Origin: an uncultured Hyphomonas sp.
GTDB taxonomy: Bacteria > Pseudomonadota > Alphaproteobacteria > Caulobacterales > Hyphomonadaceae
Reading direction: 5' to 3'
DNA length: 32,000 nt
Assembly: GCA_964351695.1 (NCBI GenBank)
Contig: CAYGPE010000001.1
Coordinates: 85,106-117,105, forward strand
Part shown: positions 24,746 to 32,000 of the stretch, in pieces
How positions within the stretch are numbered: position 1 is the first letter of the stretch
Layout of the letters: each line of letters opens with the position of its first letter
Program-made: the position numbers and the translations under genes
Notes under the pieces: model-generated
What the model was told of the DNA's origin: nothing
Database searches by the model: none
The model's input: only the letters and a program-made list of their open reading frames with translations

Positions 24746-27700
24746 GCTAATGTCGAAAACGACAACGCCTTCGCCTGATAGCAATAGGGACTGACCGTCA
24801 GGCGCAAAATCAGCTAGGGAGCCTAAGGCGCTAGAACCGTCGCTGAGCGGGGTCTCGACAATGTTTTCAGTGGTATCGCGGGCTAGCATGATGGGCCCTT
24901 CCGGCCTATTCGCGAAGAAGAATCTCCCGTCCGGAGAGATATCCGATGCTGTGACACTTGGTCTGTCGTGAACTTTTTCCAGAATCCATGGCCCAGCAAT
25001 GGTTTTGCGGTAGAGCGGGGTTTCGAGAGGGTCTTTCACACTCTGCAGCAAAATCTGTTTTCCGTCTGCGGAGAAGTGTGCCGTTTTGAATTTGGTTTTA
25101 ACTCCCGTGCTTTCGCGCACCCATGCCCCGTCCGCTCCGCGCGTCCAACGATAAGCTAAACCGTCGATTCCCCAATTACGCCCGGTGATAAAGCTTTGGC
25201 TGTCTGGCGCGATGGCGATGCCTCCGAGTTTGTTTTCCACAGCATGAGTAGCCGCGGTCCAATTATTATCTTTGTCGCGGCTCCACACGGTGACGATACC
25301 AGATTCGTTATATGTCCATTCTGGATTTTCCCAGTCGGGATTGTGATGTCCAATGCTAACGAAGTAGCTCTCATCTGGGGCGAACTTTGCTGAAGTAAGT
25401 TCGAATATTCCGGTCTGCAGTGTCTGATATGGCCACAGGCCATCACTGGTTTCTTGCCAGATTTTCAATGTGTTTGAACGTTCTCCTTCGTCAACAACAT
25501 TTTCAATCGTTAGAATTGATTTTCCGCTTGGTGCGAGCTCGATCATTTTTATACTCGGGGGATTAGTCTCGAGTGCACTATCAAGCGCGAGTTTTTGCGT
25601 TTTTTCCCAAGGTCCGTCCGGTGCGCGGTCCCAGATTTGATATTCAGTTTTGTTAGCGCGCGTCAAAAAGCGATCACCAGCATCCGAAATACCGACAAAT
25701 TCTCCTCCAAGATGCTCTTTCACCGCGGCGCTTGTCCAGTCACCAAAATTGACCCATTCGCCTGCCGCGTTGCGCTCCCACAAGGACAGATATGAGTTGA
25801 ATGAACCCCTTCGACTAGCACCCTTTCGGCTGGCAACAATCTTGTTGCCGCCATCGATAAATTTCGCGTCGTAGCCTGCACGTGAAACGATTATCTCGGT
25901 GCGTGGTGGGTGTTCGAGATGAGCAGTGTCCCAGATACGAATTTCACCCGTATCGTCACGTGAAAACAATTGCGTTCCATCAGCCGTAAATTCGAGCCAG
26001 TTAATCGCGCTTTGGTGGCCGACAAATGGGATGACTTCTTTTAAAATGGGATGCTTCTGCCAATCTAATTTGCCAGTGATTTCGTAGACCAGAACCTGAC
26101 CGCCCCAAAATCCGAGCGCGAGCAATTTGTCATCGTCAGACCAGGCATAGCTGCGAATGTGATCGAACTTACTACCATTTAGGCCATTAACACTATTGAT
26201 CGCGCTTGCCTTGGTACTGAGCTTCCGGCTCTTCCACTGATTATATGGAGCTCGGTACACCAGATGAGCCACACCAGGTTTCTCGTAGCCGTCTCGCTCT
26301 TTCGTAAACGAATTGTAGACGAGCATGTCGCCGCTATTGGAAAAGACCGGGAATGTACGCGTGAAGGGGGGCCCTGTGACATCACCAAATCCATTTGATT
26401 GCCATTGTCCGGCTTCGTCTTTTTCCCAGATGTCGACTTTTTGACCTTTTGACCGTGTGGCAAAAACCCCCGGTTTCGGGGAGAAGAAGACGCCGCGCGT
26501 ATGCGTGTTGATCACTTGTGATGACCATGTGCCCGCTTCGGTCCGCTCAAATACTATGAAACTGCCCCAGGTGTCAGTCCCTGAGCCCAGAACGGGCCCC
26601 TCGACTTCCACGATGATCAACTGGCCTGCCGGTTCAACATAGACTTTAGTGATCCGCACAAAGGCCTCGTTCCACATCGTAGGTGGGGGCGGGTTGTTTG
26701 TTGTATCAGCTTGCTCTTCTGGAGCGTCAGTAATGGGCGCTCCAGAAGCTGGCTCTGGCTCTAAGGTTTCTTCTGTTTGAAGATCATAGGCAAGCTCCTG
26801 CATCTCCCACGCTCCGGTCTCGCTGCGCACCCAAAGGTTGGCGAGTTTGATCCGGTTTTCTTCAAAAAGCGGTCGGCCAAGCGGGAGTGCGACATGATTT
26901 AGCCAAGGCATGTGGCGGCGTTCATCAAGATGAGTTTGGTAAAATGCTTCCCACTGAGCGCTCGTGCGGGCAGCGAGTTTTTCATGGTCTGCAATTTTTT
27001 CGCCCGACCACTCCCAAGCCTCATCATGAGTCCAAAGCTCATAGTGATCATCGAACCTCATGAGTATTGTCGACTGATCGCCTTCGGAGTGCACAGTTAT
27101 TCTGTCTTCATGGAGGACGCCGCCTTCAATTATCGTGTCGCGCCTCCAGCTACCATCAGATTGCTTGCGCCACTGAGTGAGCACGTGGTCATTACCAGGA
27201 GTTGTGAGTGTGTTGCCATCTGGCGCCAAGATGGGTTGAGGGCCGCTGCCAGCGTTTAAAATCCCGCTCAACCGATTGTGCTGAATGGCGCGCGCCAGAC
27301 CGAGCTGCGATCCCGGCGCCGCAGGGCTAAGCGACGTATCTGTTGCCGCAAGGACGGAGAATTTGAGGGCGCGATCATATCGCCACTGTTCAAAAGCGAT
27401 GGAGGCTTCTGGCGCGATAACGCGTGATGTGGCCAGCGAAACATTTCGTGCGCCCTGGATCGTTGAGTAAGCCCCCCAGGCGGTGAGCGCCATCGCGGCC
27501 AGCCCGACAACAGCCGTGACCCTGCGCCAGAAGCGCTGACGACGCAGATCTGCCGCGACCCGTTTTCGGCTTTCCTCCAGATAAGCAAAAAACAGTTCGC
27601 CCGGTGCGTCTTCGTTTGAGGGGCGGCGGGCCGACCAGGCCTCAGCTTCAACAAGCGCGCCTTCGCGCAGCAACAAACCATTAGGGCGCGCTTTGCGATC

Positions 27701-28222
27701 CCATTCGGAGATGCGGTCGAACAGGCGGCGGCCCTCGCGGTGCCAACTGACATCTGTATTCAGGGCAAGCTCAGCCGCATCCATGGCGGCGTCAAAGCCG
27801 GGCCCGCCCTCTGAAAAGTCGATTTGAACATTCAGAGCGGCGAGGCGGGGCGGGGCCTTGGCAAAATCAATGTCCTGAACTTTGACAGCGATAATGCGCT
27901 TTCCAAGGGCCCGAGCATAGGCAATTTCCTCGTCGCACACGACGCTGCCAGATGAGCCGGGAGATACCAGAAACAGCATCACATCGCAGGCGGCAATCAT
28001 CTCCTGAATACGCACCCACCATTCGTCTTCAGCTGAAATCCCGCCTGAAATCTGATGGGGGTCATAGGTTGCCTGATCAAAGTCTGGTTCGAAGCCGCGC
28101 GCCCTCAGGGCGTCAGCGATTTGACGCATGAAGGCTTCGTTTTGGCGTGAATAAGAAAGAAACACCCTCAATCGATCGGTGTTATCCCCAGCATTTTCCT
28201 CAACGACTTGTTGCTCAGTCAT
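24434..28222 (-). CDS. Giant TIR-domain membrane protein: N-terminal TIR, helical linker, one TM, about 14 WD40/PD40-like beta-propeller blades, and a C-terminal ~100-aa unknown domain
   Basis: ATG at 28222. 'RVFLSYSRQNEAFMRQIADAL...VMLFLVSPGSSGSVVCDEEIAYA' is the TIR domain. The TM is 'VTAVVGLAAMALTAWGAYSTI'. Recurrent '[FI][AS]PDG' and '[ILV]W.[RKE]...G.W' blade motifs follow. Confidence 0.85.
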   Translation of the reverse strand: MTEQQVVEENAGDNTDRLRVFLSYSRQNEAFMRQIADALRARGFEPDFDQATYDPHQISGGISAEDEWWVRIQEMIAACDVMLFLVSPGSSGSVVCDEEIAYARALGKRIIAVKVQDIDFAKAPPRLAALNVQIDFSEGGPGFDAAMDAAELALNTDVSWHREGRRLFDRISEWDRKARPNGLLLREGALVEAEAWSARRPSNEDAPGELFFAYLEESRKRVAADLRRQRFWRRVTAVVGLAAMALTAWGAYSTIQGARNVSLATSRVIAPEASIAFEQWRYDRALKFSVLAATDTSLSPAAPGSQLGLARAIQHNRLSGILNAGSGPQPILAPDGNTLTTPGNDHVLTQWRKQSDGSWRRDTIIEGGVLHEDRITVHSEGDQSTILMRFDDHYELWTHDEAWEWSGEKIADHEKLAARTSAQWEAFYQTHLDERRHMPWLNHVALPLGRPLFEENRIKLANLWVRSETGAWEMQELAYDLQTEETLEPEPASGAPITDAPEEQADTTNNPPPPTMWNEAFVRITKVYVEPAGQLIIVEVEGPVLGSGTDTWGSFIVFERTEAGTWSSQVINTHTRGVFFSPKPGVFATRSKGQKVDIWEKDEAGQWQSNGFGDVTGPPFTRTFPVFSNSGDMLVYNSFTKERDGYEKPGVAHLVYRAPYNQWKSRKLSTKASAINSVNGLNGSKFDHIRSYAWSDDDKLLALGFWGGQVLVYEITGKLDWQKHPILKEVIPFVGHQSAINWLEFTADGTQLFSRDDTGEIRIWDTAHLEHPPRTEIIVSRAGYDAKFIDGGNKIVASRKGASRRGSFNSYLSLWERNAAGEWVNFGDWTSAAVKEHLGGEFVGISDAGDRFLTRANKTEYQIWDRAPDGPWEKTQKLALDSALETNPPSIKMIELAPSGKSILTIENVVDEGERSNTLKIWQETSDGLWPYQTLQTGIFELTSAKFAPDESYFVSIGHHNPDWENPEWTYNESGIVTVWSRDKDNNWTAATHAVENKLGGIAIAPDSQSFITGRNWGIDGLAYRWTRGADGAWVRESTGVKTKFKTAHFSADGKQILLQSVKDPLETPLYRKTIAGPWILEKVHDRPSVTASDISPDGRFFFANRPEGPIMLARDTTENIVETPLSDGSSALGSLADFAPDGQSLLLSGEGVVVFDISALTSDSSRKRAAKKGATFANQSKHVDRACEALLAFKITETDPETGELLSHYPRAILTKEDFDASPRLKSFGFAIGDNVCEISKTSVWDRIISEIVPRGLWSEL
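24986..27172 (-). repeat. Protein-level tandem array of about 14 beta-propeller blade repeats (aa 351-1079)
   Basis: Blade-end motifs at aa 351, 397, 464, 558, 599, 656, 713, 764, 815, 864, 922, 980, 1026 and 1071. Examples are 'IWEKDEAGQW', 'LWERNAAGEW', 'IWDRAPDGPW', 'IWQETSDGLW' and 'RWTRGADGAW'. Spacing is 41-94 aa. Confidence 0.7.
27458..27520 (-). other. Single transmembrane helix (aa 235-255)
   Basis: It is preceded by 'RKRVAADLRRQRFWRR', a positive-inside signal that predicts N-in/C-out. Confidence 0.75.
27872..28171 (-). other. TIR domain (aa 18-117) of the 1262-aa protein
   Basis: It opens with 'FLSYSR'. E98/E99 in 'VVCDEEIAYA' sit at the catalytic-Glu position. Confidence 0.8.
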
Positions 28223-28295
28223 CGCTGAGGATGTCTTTGAAAATCGAATGTTGTCAATAATGTAATGTGGTCTTTCAGCAGCAGGTATAGCGCCG

Positions 28296-28664
28296 TTAGA
28301 TCGGTGGTCGTGGCCGTGTCAGGATGAATGTCGCGCTGGCGCTAAGGACGGCGGCCTGAATGGCCAGGACGGGCCACGAGACGTTCAAGGCGTAGGACAG
28401 GCCGAGCAGGGCGAGCATGGAGAGGACGCTGACGATCTTGGTGCGGCGGCTGATCGCGCCGTGAGCCTGCCAGTTGCGGATCATCGGGCCGAAAATCTTA
28501 TGGCTCATCAGCCAGGCGTGCCAGCGGTCTGATGAACGGGCGAAGGCAAAGGCGGCGACCAGCAGGAAGGGCGTTGTCGGCAAGAGTGGTAGCACTACAC
28601 CCAGTGCGCCGAGGGCAATGGCGACGAGGCCGAGCGTCAACCAAGCGGCGCGCTTGAGGCTCAA
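28296..28664 (-). CDS. ybaN: YbaN/DUF454-family inner membrane protein
   Basis: '[35 protein letters not shown]'. The TTG start overlaps the mnmA stop (TTGA). Confidence 0.8.
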   Translation of the reverse strand: MSLKRAAWLTLGLVAIALGALGVVLPLLPTTPFLLVAAFAFARSSDRWHAWLMSHKIFGPMIRNWQAHGAISRRTKIVSVLSMLALLGLSYALNVSWPVLAIQAAVLSASATFILTRPRPPI

Positions 28665-29860
28665 GCCCTTAAGCGCTCGTCAGCTGCAACGGTGCTGGCG
28701 ATAAAACCGCCGCCGAGGATGCGGGACATGTCATGCGGGCTATAGAGGACGCAGGCCTGTCCGCGCGCGACGCCTTCCTCCGCGCCGTCGAACCAAACTG
28801 CAGGCGCGCCTTGATGGTGGCCAAGCCGGGCGGGCAGGGGCTCACGGGTGGAGCGCACGCGGGCCAGCACCGGATCGCCGCGATCGCAAGCGTCGGTGAG
28901 ACTGCCCGTGCCTAGCCAGTTGAGCTCTTCGAGCGTTAGTGCGGCGGTGGCGAGGGCTTCACGGGGGCCGACAATAACCTGACGCTCGCGGGCATTGATT
29001 TTGACCACGTAAAGTGGCTCGCCCACAGCGACGTTGAGACCGCGGCGCTGGCCGATTGTGTAATGGATAACGCCCTCATGCTGGCCAAGAACGCGGCCAT
29101 CAAGGTGCACAATGTCACCGCCGCGCCCGGAGCCGGGGCGCAGTTTCTCCACGACTTTGGCGTAGGAGCCTTCAGGCACGAAGCAGATGTCCTGACTATC
29201 GGGTTTGGCGGCGACAGGTAGATCGAAATGCTCGGCGAGGGCGCGCACATCGGTCTTGGGCAGGCCACCCAGCGGGAAGCGGACATAGTCCAGCTGCTCT
29301 TTGGTGGTGGCAAAGAGGAAGTAGGATTGGTCGCGTGAGCTATCAACAGCGCGGTGCAGCTCTGGCCCGTGCTCGCCGTCAAGGCGCTGGATATAGTGGC
29401 CGGTGGCGAGGCAATCGGCGCCGAGGTCTTTGGCGGTACGAAGTAGGTCTGAGAACTTGACCGTTTGGTTGCAGCGAATGCATGGGATCGGCGTCGCGCC
29501 CGACAGATAGGTGTCGGCGAAATCCTCCATGACCTGCTCCTTGAAGCGGGACTCGTAGTCAAGGACATAGTGCGGAATGCCGATCTGATCGGAGACGTTG
29601 CGCGCGTCGTGAATGTCTTGACCGGCGCAGCAGGCACCTTTTTTCTCAATTGCGGCGCCATGGTCGTAAAGCTGCAGCGTGATGCCGATGACATCATAAC
29701 CGCGGGCTTTGAGAAGTGCGGCGACGACGGAGCTGTCCACACCGCCAGACATAGCCGCGACAACGCGGGTTTCGCTGGGCGGTTTGGGGAAGCCAAGGCT
29801 GTTTTGTGCGCCGGGCGCGGGGTCAGGTTCGCGCGCTGTTAGCGCGGTCAGGTCAGTCAT
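28661..29860 (-). CDS. mnmA: tRNA 2-thiouridine(34) synthase MnmA
   Basis: '[18 protein letters not shown]' is the PP-loop, followed by '[12 protein letters not shown]', '[13 protein letters not shown]' and 'LATGHY'. Confidence 0.92.
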   Translation of the reverse strand: MTDLTALTAREPDPAPGAQNSLGFPKPPSETRVVAAMSGGVDSSVVAALLKARGYDVIGITLQLYDHGAAIEKKGACCAGQDIHDARNVSDQIGIPHYVLDYESRFKEQVMEDFADTYLSGATPIPCIRCNQTVKFSDLLRTAKDLGADCLATGHYIQRLDGEHGPELHRAVDSSRDQSYFLFATTKEQLDYVRFPLGGLPKTDVRALAEHFDLPVAAKPDSQDICFVPEGSYAKVVEKLRPGSGRGGDIVHLDGRVLGQHEGVIHYTIGQRRGLNVAVGEPLYVVKINARERQVIVGPREALATAALTLEELNWLGTGSLTDACDRGDPVLARVRSTREPLPARLGHHQGAPAVWFDGAEEGVARGQACVLYSPHDMSRILGGGFIASTVAADERLRA

Positions 29861-29935
29861 ATCGCTCTCCTAACGGGTTCAAGGCCCGAAGCAGATGGGT
29901 TTGTTAGCGCGATATAGGGGCTTTCAGGCGGGATG

Positions 29936-31132
29936 TCAGCCTTCTGCGTCAATGACGGCCTGTACCGCACGGTTGAAGTCGGCGCGGCGGGCGCGCTCAC
30001 CGTCCTTGAGGCCAAGCGCGGTGGTCCAGTTGCCATTCGTGGCGATAACGAGGTTTCGAGCTGGATCGATAAAGATACCTTGGCCAAAAATACCGCCCGC
30101 GCGGTAGCTGCCATCTGAGTTGATCCACCACTGATAACCATAGCCAGAGCCAGCCAGCTCAAACTCTCTGTCAATTTCTGCAAGAGGCTGAGAGGCGGTG
30201 TCGATCCAACCCTCGGGCAGCGCGCCTGCGCCCTTGTCGAGGGCGAACAGGCCAAAGCGGGCAAAGTCGCGCGTCGTCGCCTGAATGCAGCACCCGCTAA
30301 TCTCGTTACCGTCTTCGTCGAGTAGCCATGTCGCTTTCGCCGCCATGCCATAAGGTTGCCAGACCTTCTCAGACAGATAGTCGGCAAGCGTCTTACCCGT
30401 AGAGACGCGGACCAGAAGGCCGATCAGGTTAGTCTCGCCAGTGGAATAATTCCAACGGGTGCCAGGTTCGTGGGCGCGCGGCAGAGTGCGCATATAGCTG
30501 ACTATGACAGGCAGGCCATCATCGGCGACATGATTATTGAATCTGGCGACATCGGAATCTGGATCGGAATAGTCTTCATTCCACGCGACGCCGGAGGTCA
30601 TGGTGAGGAGTTGCGCAATCGTCACGCCATCATAGGCCGAGCCGTCTAGGTCGGAAATATAGTCAGCGACATTGTCATCAACGCTTTCAATATAGCCGTC
30701 CTTGATCGCTGCACCGACAAGACTTGAGGTGAAGGATTGAGCAACAGAAAAACTGGTCCAGCGCTCGTCTGGTTTGAAGCCGAGGCCATAGCGCTCATAG
30801 CGAATCTGGCCATTATGCACGATCACCATGGCGGCGAGGTTCTGTGCCTTAAAATGCGCGTCCATGTCGATCGGCATGTCGAGCGGCGCGCCTTCTGGTA
30901 GTTCACGGACCTGGGCTCCGGATGGAATGTCGCGTGACTTGACCATGAACTCAATCTGATCAGTCATCCGAAAGCCAATTTCACGCTGTGCCTGAGACCA
31001 GAACAGGACGTTATTGTCCTTTGGCATGTTCATAATCAAGGTGCGCCAGTTAGAACCTATGCTCCACCACGTGCAGCCGCCCATCAAAGCGAGGATTGCT
31101 ACAAGTATTCCAAGACGCTTCAGCCAGACCAT
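29936..31132 (-). CDS. Beta-lactamase-fold serine hydrolase family protein (6-aminohexanoate-dimer-hydrolase-like) with an atypical SxxQ motif
   Basis: Signal/lipobox-like 'ILALMGGC', then 'FSVAQSFTSSLVGAAI', 'WNYSTGETNLIG' and 'GGIFGQGIFIDP'. Confidence 0.7.
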   Translation of the reverse strand: MVWLKRLGILVAILALMGGCTWWSIGSNWRTLIMNMPKDNNVLFWSQAQREIGFRMTDQIEFMVKSRDIPSGAQVRELPEGAPLDMPIDMDAHFKAQNLAAMVIVHNGQIRYERYGLGFKPDERWTSFSVAQSFTSSLVGAAIKDGYIESVDDNVADYISDLDGSAYDGVTIAQLLTMTSGVAWNEDYSDPDSDVARFNNHVADDGLPVIVSYMRTLPRAHEPGTRWNYSTGETNLIGLLVRVSTGKTLADYLSEKVWQPYGMAAKATWLLDEDGNEISGCCIQATTRDFARFGLFALDKGAGALPEGWIDTASQPLAEIDREFELAGSGYGYQWWINSDGSYRAGGIFGQGIFIDPARNLVIATNGNWTTALGLKDGERARRADFNRAVQAVIDAEG

Positions 31133-31259
31133 GATTGTTTACTCCCGCTGTTTTCTTTTGGCTTAGCACGGCTGATGCGGGGGCCCTAGGCACATACGCT
31201 GAGACCTTGCGGCAAGCCCATTAGTAAGCGTGTTCAAAGCACTCTCTATAAGCGAGCCT

Positions 31260-32000
31260 TCAAGCGAAACGCGGGGCGATCTTCAGGTTTTGGACCCAGC
31301 CGATTTTCTCGTAAAAGAGCAGCATCGTGCCATTATAGTCGACGATCCGGTTCCAAAGGCCCTTGCGCGGGCGATGGAGCGCGCTTTGCGGTTCATCATG
31401 GTGGTGGTCGTGAAACGCCTCTCCGCCAGTTAAAAGCCCAATCACATGGTCAGCCCATTTGGGCGTTTTCAAGTGGCCGAGTACGTTGATGCCGTAAACG
31501 GTTGCGTGAAACTGAATGGCGCGGCCTATCACAAAACAGGCATGGCAGATGGCCGTCAAAACCAGTGAACCGCCTGACGCCCAGACGATGAGATAAATTA
31601 CGGCTGGAATGACCAGATGTAAGACCAGTGACAAGGAATTATAGAAACGGTCCATCCAGACGACGATGGGCTGGGCTTTGATCCAGAGAGGGATGGGGCG
31701 CATCAAGTCTTTAGCATCACGAAACAGAATCCAACCGACCCAAGCCCAGCGTTTCGACTCGAACGGATTGTGCGGGTCGCCGGGCTTGTCGGAGAAGCGG
31801 TGGTGCTGGCTGTGATAATTGATCCAGTCTTTCACATTGCCTTGCATCGCGATCATGAGATTGAGCATGGTCAAGACCTGCGCAGGGGCTTTCAGTTCGC
31901 CTGCCTTATGTTGCAATATTCGGTGCAGAGGACCAATACCCGCATTGCAAATAAAGATGGTGATGGCCACGATACCAAGACCAAGCGGCAAATAATACCA
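31260..32000 (-). CDS. Membrane fatty-acid (acyl-CoA/acyl-lipid delta-9-type) desaturase; N-terminus lies beyond the window end
   Basis: Histidine boxes 'HSQHHRFSDKPGDPHNP' and 'EAFHDHHHDEP'. The frame stays open to position 32000. Confidence 0.8.
   Translation of the reverse strand, partial: WYYLPLGLGIVAITIFICNAGIGPLHRILQHKAGELKAPAQVLTMLNLMIAMQGNVKDWINYHSQHHRFSDKPGDPHNPFESKRWAWVGWILFRDAKDLMRPIPLWIKAQPIVVWMDRFYNSLSLVLHLVIPAVIYLIVWASGGSLVLTAICHACFVIGRAIQFHATVYGINVLGHLKTPKWADHVIGLLTGGEAFHDHHHDEPQSALHRPRKGLWNRIVDYNGTMLLFYEKIGWVQNLKIAPRFA

Noticed and set aside
27521-27871. A STAND/NTPase module between the TIR and TM of the 1262-aa protein (AVAST/NLR-like)
   Set aside because: No GxxxxGK[ST] Walker A is present. 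'ALGKRI' lacks the upstream Gly and the Ser/Thr. The segment is only ~115 aa and reads as helical linker.
24434-28222. Lower GC in the TIR-propeller gene as evidence of horizontal transfer
   Set aside because: Hand counts of three 60-nt lines inside the gene gave 25/60, 30/60 and 36/60 G+C, against 46/60 for one mnmA line. The sample is tiny and mnmA may be unusually GC-rich. This needs a proper windowed GC/k-mer computation before any claim.
28936-29796. 286-aa same-strand, alternative-frame ORF within mnmA
   Set aside because: Its Ala/Pro/Ser/Arg-rich low-complexity translation is typical of an off-frame reading of GC-rich DNA. The MnmA frame has PP-loop and catalytic Cys motifs.
29857-30387. 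176-aa minus-strand ORF overlapping the hydrolase 3' half and the mnmA start
   Set aside because: It is an off-frame shadow of the serine-hydrolase gene, is Arg/Ala/Ser-rich and has no motifs.
31163-31169. TTAGCAC, resembling the left half of a CIRCE element (HrcA operator)
   Set aside because: There is no GAGTGCTAA partner 9 nt downstream. It sits between a hydrolase and a desaturase gene, not at a chaperone promoter.
1-32000. CRISPR arrays, rRNA, tRNA and large DNA-level tandem repeats
   Set aside because: I saw no regularly spaced direct repeats, no tRNA-like cloverleaf candidates in intergenic gaps, and no rRNA signatures. A scan by eye cannot exclude small ncRNAs.

Overview
This window looks like a chromosomal segment of an alphaproteobacterium. 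The evidence is ctrA plus sciP, hrcA-grpE, rph/rdgB/hemW, and a putA gene divergent from an Lrp-type regulator. I cannot name a genus. About 30 genes are dense on both strands, and I saw no rRNA, tRNA, CRISPR array, transposase or integrase. Content from left to right: putA (partial, absent from the ORF track), putR-like regulator, a lipoprotein, a LysR regulator, a small secreted protein, an SNase-like nuclease, hemW, rdgB, then a roughly 3.2 kb accessory insert, then rph, an acyltransferase, hrcA, grpE, a beta-propeller lipoprotein, dnaK (no dnaJ), a GT-C-like membrane glycosyltransferase, and a same-strand cell-cycle/flagellar block (sciP, short fliF-like gene, fliG, flbE/fliH-like gene, fliN, flhF, flhG, ctrA). 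After that come a 1262-aa TIR protein, ybaN, mnmA, a beta-lactamase-fold hydrolase and a partial desaturase. The main hunt result is two membrane-anchored TIR proteins with a predicted Toll-like-receptor-like layout: cytoplasmic N-terminal TIR, one TM helix, and a large extracytoplasmic domain. The first has an FGE-sulfatase-like domain and is tightly coupled to a 3-TM partner gene (8138..10402). The second has about 14 beta-propeller blades (24434..28222). Neither fits Thoeris, CBASS, Pycsar or STAND/AVAST layouts as I know them. Secondary observations are a miniature FliF, an FlhF with degenerate GTPase motifs, a GANTC/CtrA-half-site-rich ctrA leader, and a serine hydrolase with SxxK changed to SxxQ. 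All domain calls come from reading motifs by eye. No searches were run.
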